Shown here piece by piece: positions 62,301 through 64,000 of a DNA stretch of 64,000 bases. Each line of letters opens with the position of its first letter. Position 1 is the stretch's first letter. The position numbers were made by a program, and so were the translations under genes. Origin of the DNA: Raillietiella orientalis (taxonomy: Eukaryota); the NCBI GenBank assembly GCA_036172245.1, contig JAYWIR010000002.1:6076001-6140000 (forward strand), read 5' to 3'. Under the pieces are notes generated by a model. It had not been told where the DNA came from. It did no database searches and saw nothing but the letters and a program-made list of their open reading frames with translations.

Positions 62301-62880
62301 TCCCGCACCTGCTTGTGAATCGTGATGCCCTCAGGATCCTGTGGGAACGTTTCGGAACGACCCCCCGGATCCCGGTTGCCCGGGCACCCCCCTTTCCCAG
62401 GGACATTTTGCGGCTCCTCTTTGTACGGGAATCTCTGCAGACAGCCGCAGCCCTAGCAGCACTTTGCTTCATCTGCGGGACTGTGGCAACCTGGAGCGAA
62501 GCCGACAGAGGACGAGGCAGGAGGGATGACGTCCAGCTCGCACTTTGCTTTCTGTGGATCTCAGCTCGTTGTCTACACCTGGGACCTATTCGAACGGACC
62601 TAGCCGGTATCCTGGAAAGTATGCAGAATCCATTCAGCGGACAGTGTTCTCTACCCGATCCTTGCAAAGATTTTTAGTTGTTTATTTTTACTCTTTCTTT
62701 TTATTTTTCTTTTCTTTCCTCCCATCCTCCTCCGCTGTCTAGGAGAGCCCCTCCAGTCTGCGTACCGGCGACCTGGCAGGTCCTTCAAAGAATCGGTTGT
62801 GGTAAGGCTCCTTGCCCCTTACCCCGATAGTTGCAAGTCTATTGTTCTTTCCAGTAAACACCCTGGTGTGACAGATGGCG
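59400..62880 (+). mobile_element. Longest L1/Tx1-like family 1 copy i (degenerate ORF2 plus 3' module)
   Basis: RGDPLS (QGDPLSP-like) ~60555, FLG-like ~60980 and CCRCREWEFLPHLLV..LRILWERF zinc finger ~62275. Stop at 62677, then the 3' module. The 5' boundary is uncertain. Confidence 0.75.
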
Positions 62881-64000
62881 ACCACCTATGCAGGAAGGGA
62901 AGCGCAACGTCTCGGACGGCCTCGCCACGCGCCCCAGCAAGCGGGCGCTTGCTGCCCGGGATCTCGTCTGAGGGGGAGTTTGCATCCCCGGGAATATGAT
63001 GTTAGTGGAGGGTTGGTTTACCCAAGAGGAGGTTCGTTGTGCGGCTGGAAGTCTCGATGGGTCCCGTCGAAACACCACGAAGTCTCCGCATTCACGGAAC
63101 CGAATGGGAAGAGGAAGTTCGGCAGACATCTGGATTGAGCAGCAGATGATGGCAGCAGGACTCCGGTCCGGTTTTGCGACGGATTCCCTTGCCTGAGCTG
63201 ACCTTCAGGCTCCGTGCTGGTGGGGAGCATCCATCCGCCACCTTTCCAGCTCTTTCCGAACGCACTTCACTCTCCCGTGGAGTCGTCACAGATGACCGCG
63301 CAAGCCACCTGCATTCCATGCCCAGGAGTCCCCCCAAGAGAAGGCAGTTGTCAGTGCTCCCTAGAGGCACAGCTAGCTGGCCAGCTGCCCCACTAGATCG
63401 CTGATAGCTTCTTGCAAGAAGACTTGAGATGCCAATTCTTAAATCGTCCTTTGCTTCCGGCCCACGGTGTCGAAGTTTACAGCCTCATCTCATTCCTTTC
63501 CTCCTTCCCTTGCTCCTCCACCGCCGCCGCCTTTCTGAGAGAGATGAAAGATGTCCTTTGGCTAGCGGATACCAGAATTATTTAGGAGATCCATGAGCCT
63601 ATGGATCTCTACCTAGGAGAAGGAATCTTCGGAGATCCCCACTGGAAGACGGAGGAAAAGTAACCATATGGATAACCATCAATTGAGAGGTTCGCGTCAC
63701 CCAGCTGACATGGATGACTACTCGTGTGAGCATGAAATCCATGTGCCTTTAAGCGGGCAGAGAAAGCAGAGCGAAGTAATGTTAAAAATGGTTTTCAATC
63801 ATCCGAACCGATGAGTTTCCACAGCGAGGTTTTGACTTCTCTCTTCGTACTCCGCCGTGATTACGGGAGCATCTCAGTGAGGAGCAGAAGGTGGCAGCAG
63901 CCTCTCGATGATCAACTTGGAAATCGAGACGCCACATCCTTTCTTGCCACAACTACCCTCCTTCCTTACTCCACAGACTCGACCTCCATCCTACCCATGA

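Noticed and set aside
19000..64000. CRISPR array, prokaryotic operon or endogenous viral genes
   Set aside because: There are no regularly spaced repeat-spacer units and no intact recognisable proteins. The repeats are dispersed retroelement fragments.

Overview
Eukaryotic genomic DNA, probably from an arthropod: it has spliceosomal introns, an arthropod-style U2 snRNA 5' fragment and a decayed (CCTAA)n tract. The AT-rich first 5.3 kb holds four minus-strand coding exons of SAE1/AOS1 (SUMO-activating enzyme subunit 1). I found no further exon, so the gene probably continues off the left edge. The remaining ~58 kb has no intact gene I can recognise. It is a nested, increasingly GC-rich graveyard of retroelements: Gypsy and BEL/Pao pol remnants, a 5'-truncated LINE fused to a U2 snRNA head, pogo/Tigger-like MITE ends and many L1/Tx1-like non-LTR fragments. 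Nearly all long ORFs in the supplied track are shadow ORFs of GC-rich DNA. The most interesting signal is about 11 retroelement 3' ends, from at least two families with unlike coding ends, that share an ordered structured module: T-tract, a covarying hairpin with a CUGCGU loop, a second hairpin, AATAAA and a terminal hairpin. Several of these ends lie inside or beside one tRNA-headed (B-box) repeat, one with a clear 14-bp target-site duplication. This suggests an undescribed target-preferring Tx1-like LINE/SINE-like system. All TE assignments come from motifs recognised by eye in frameshifted sequence, and their boundaries are approximate.
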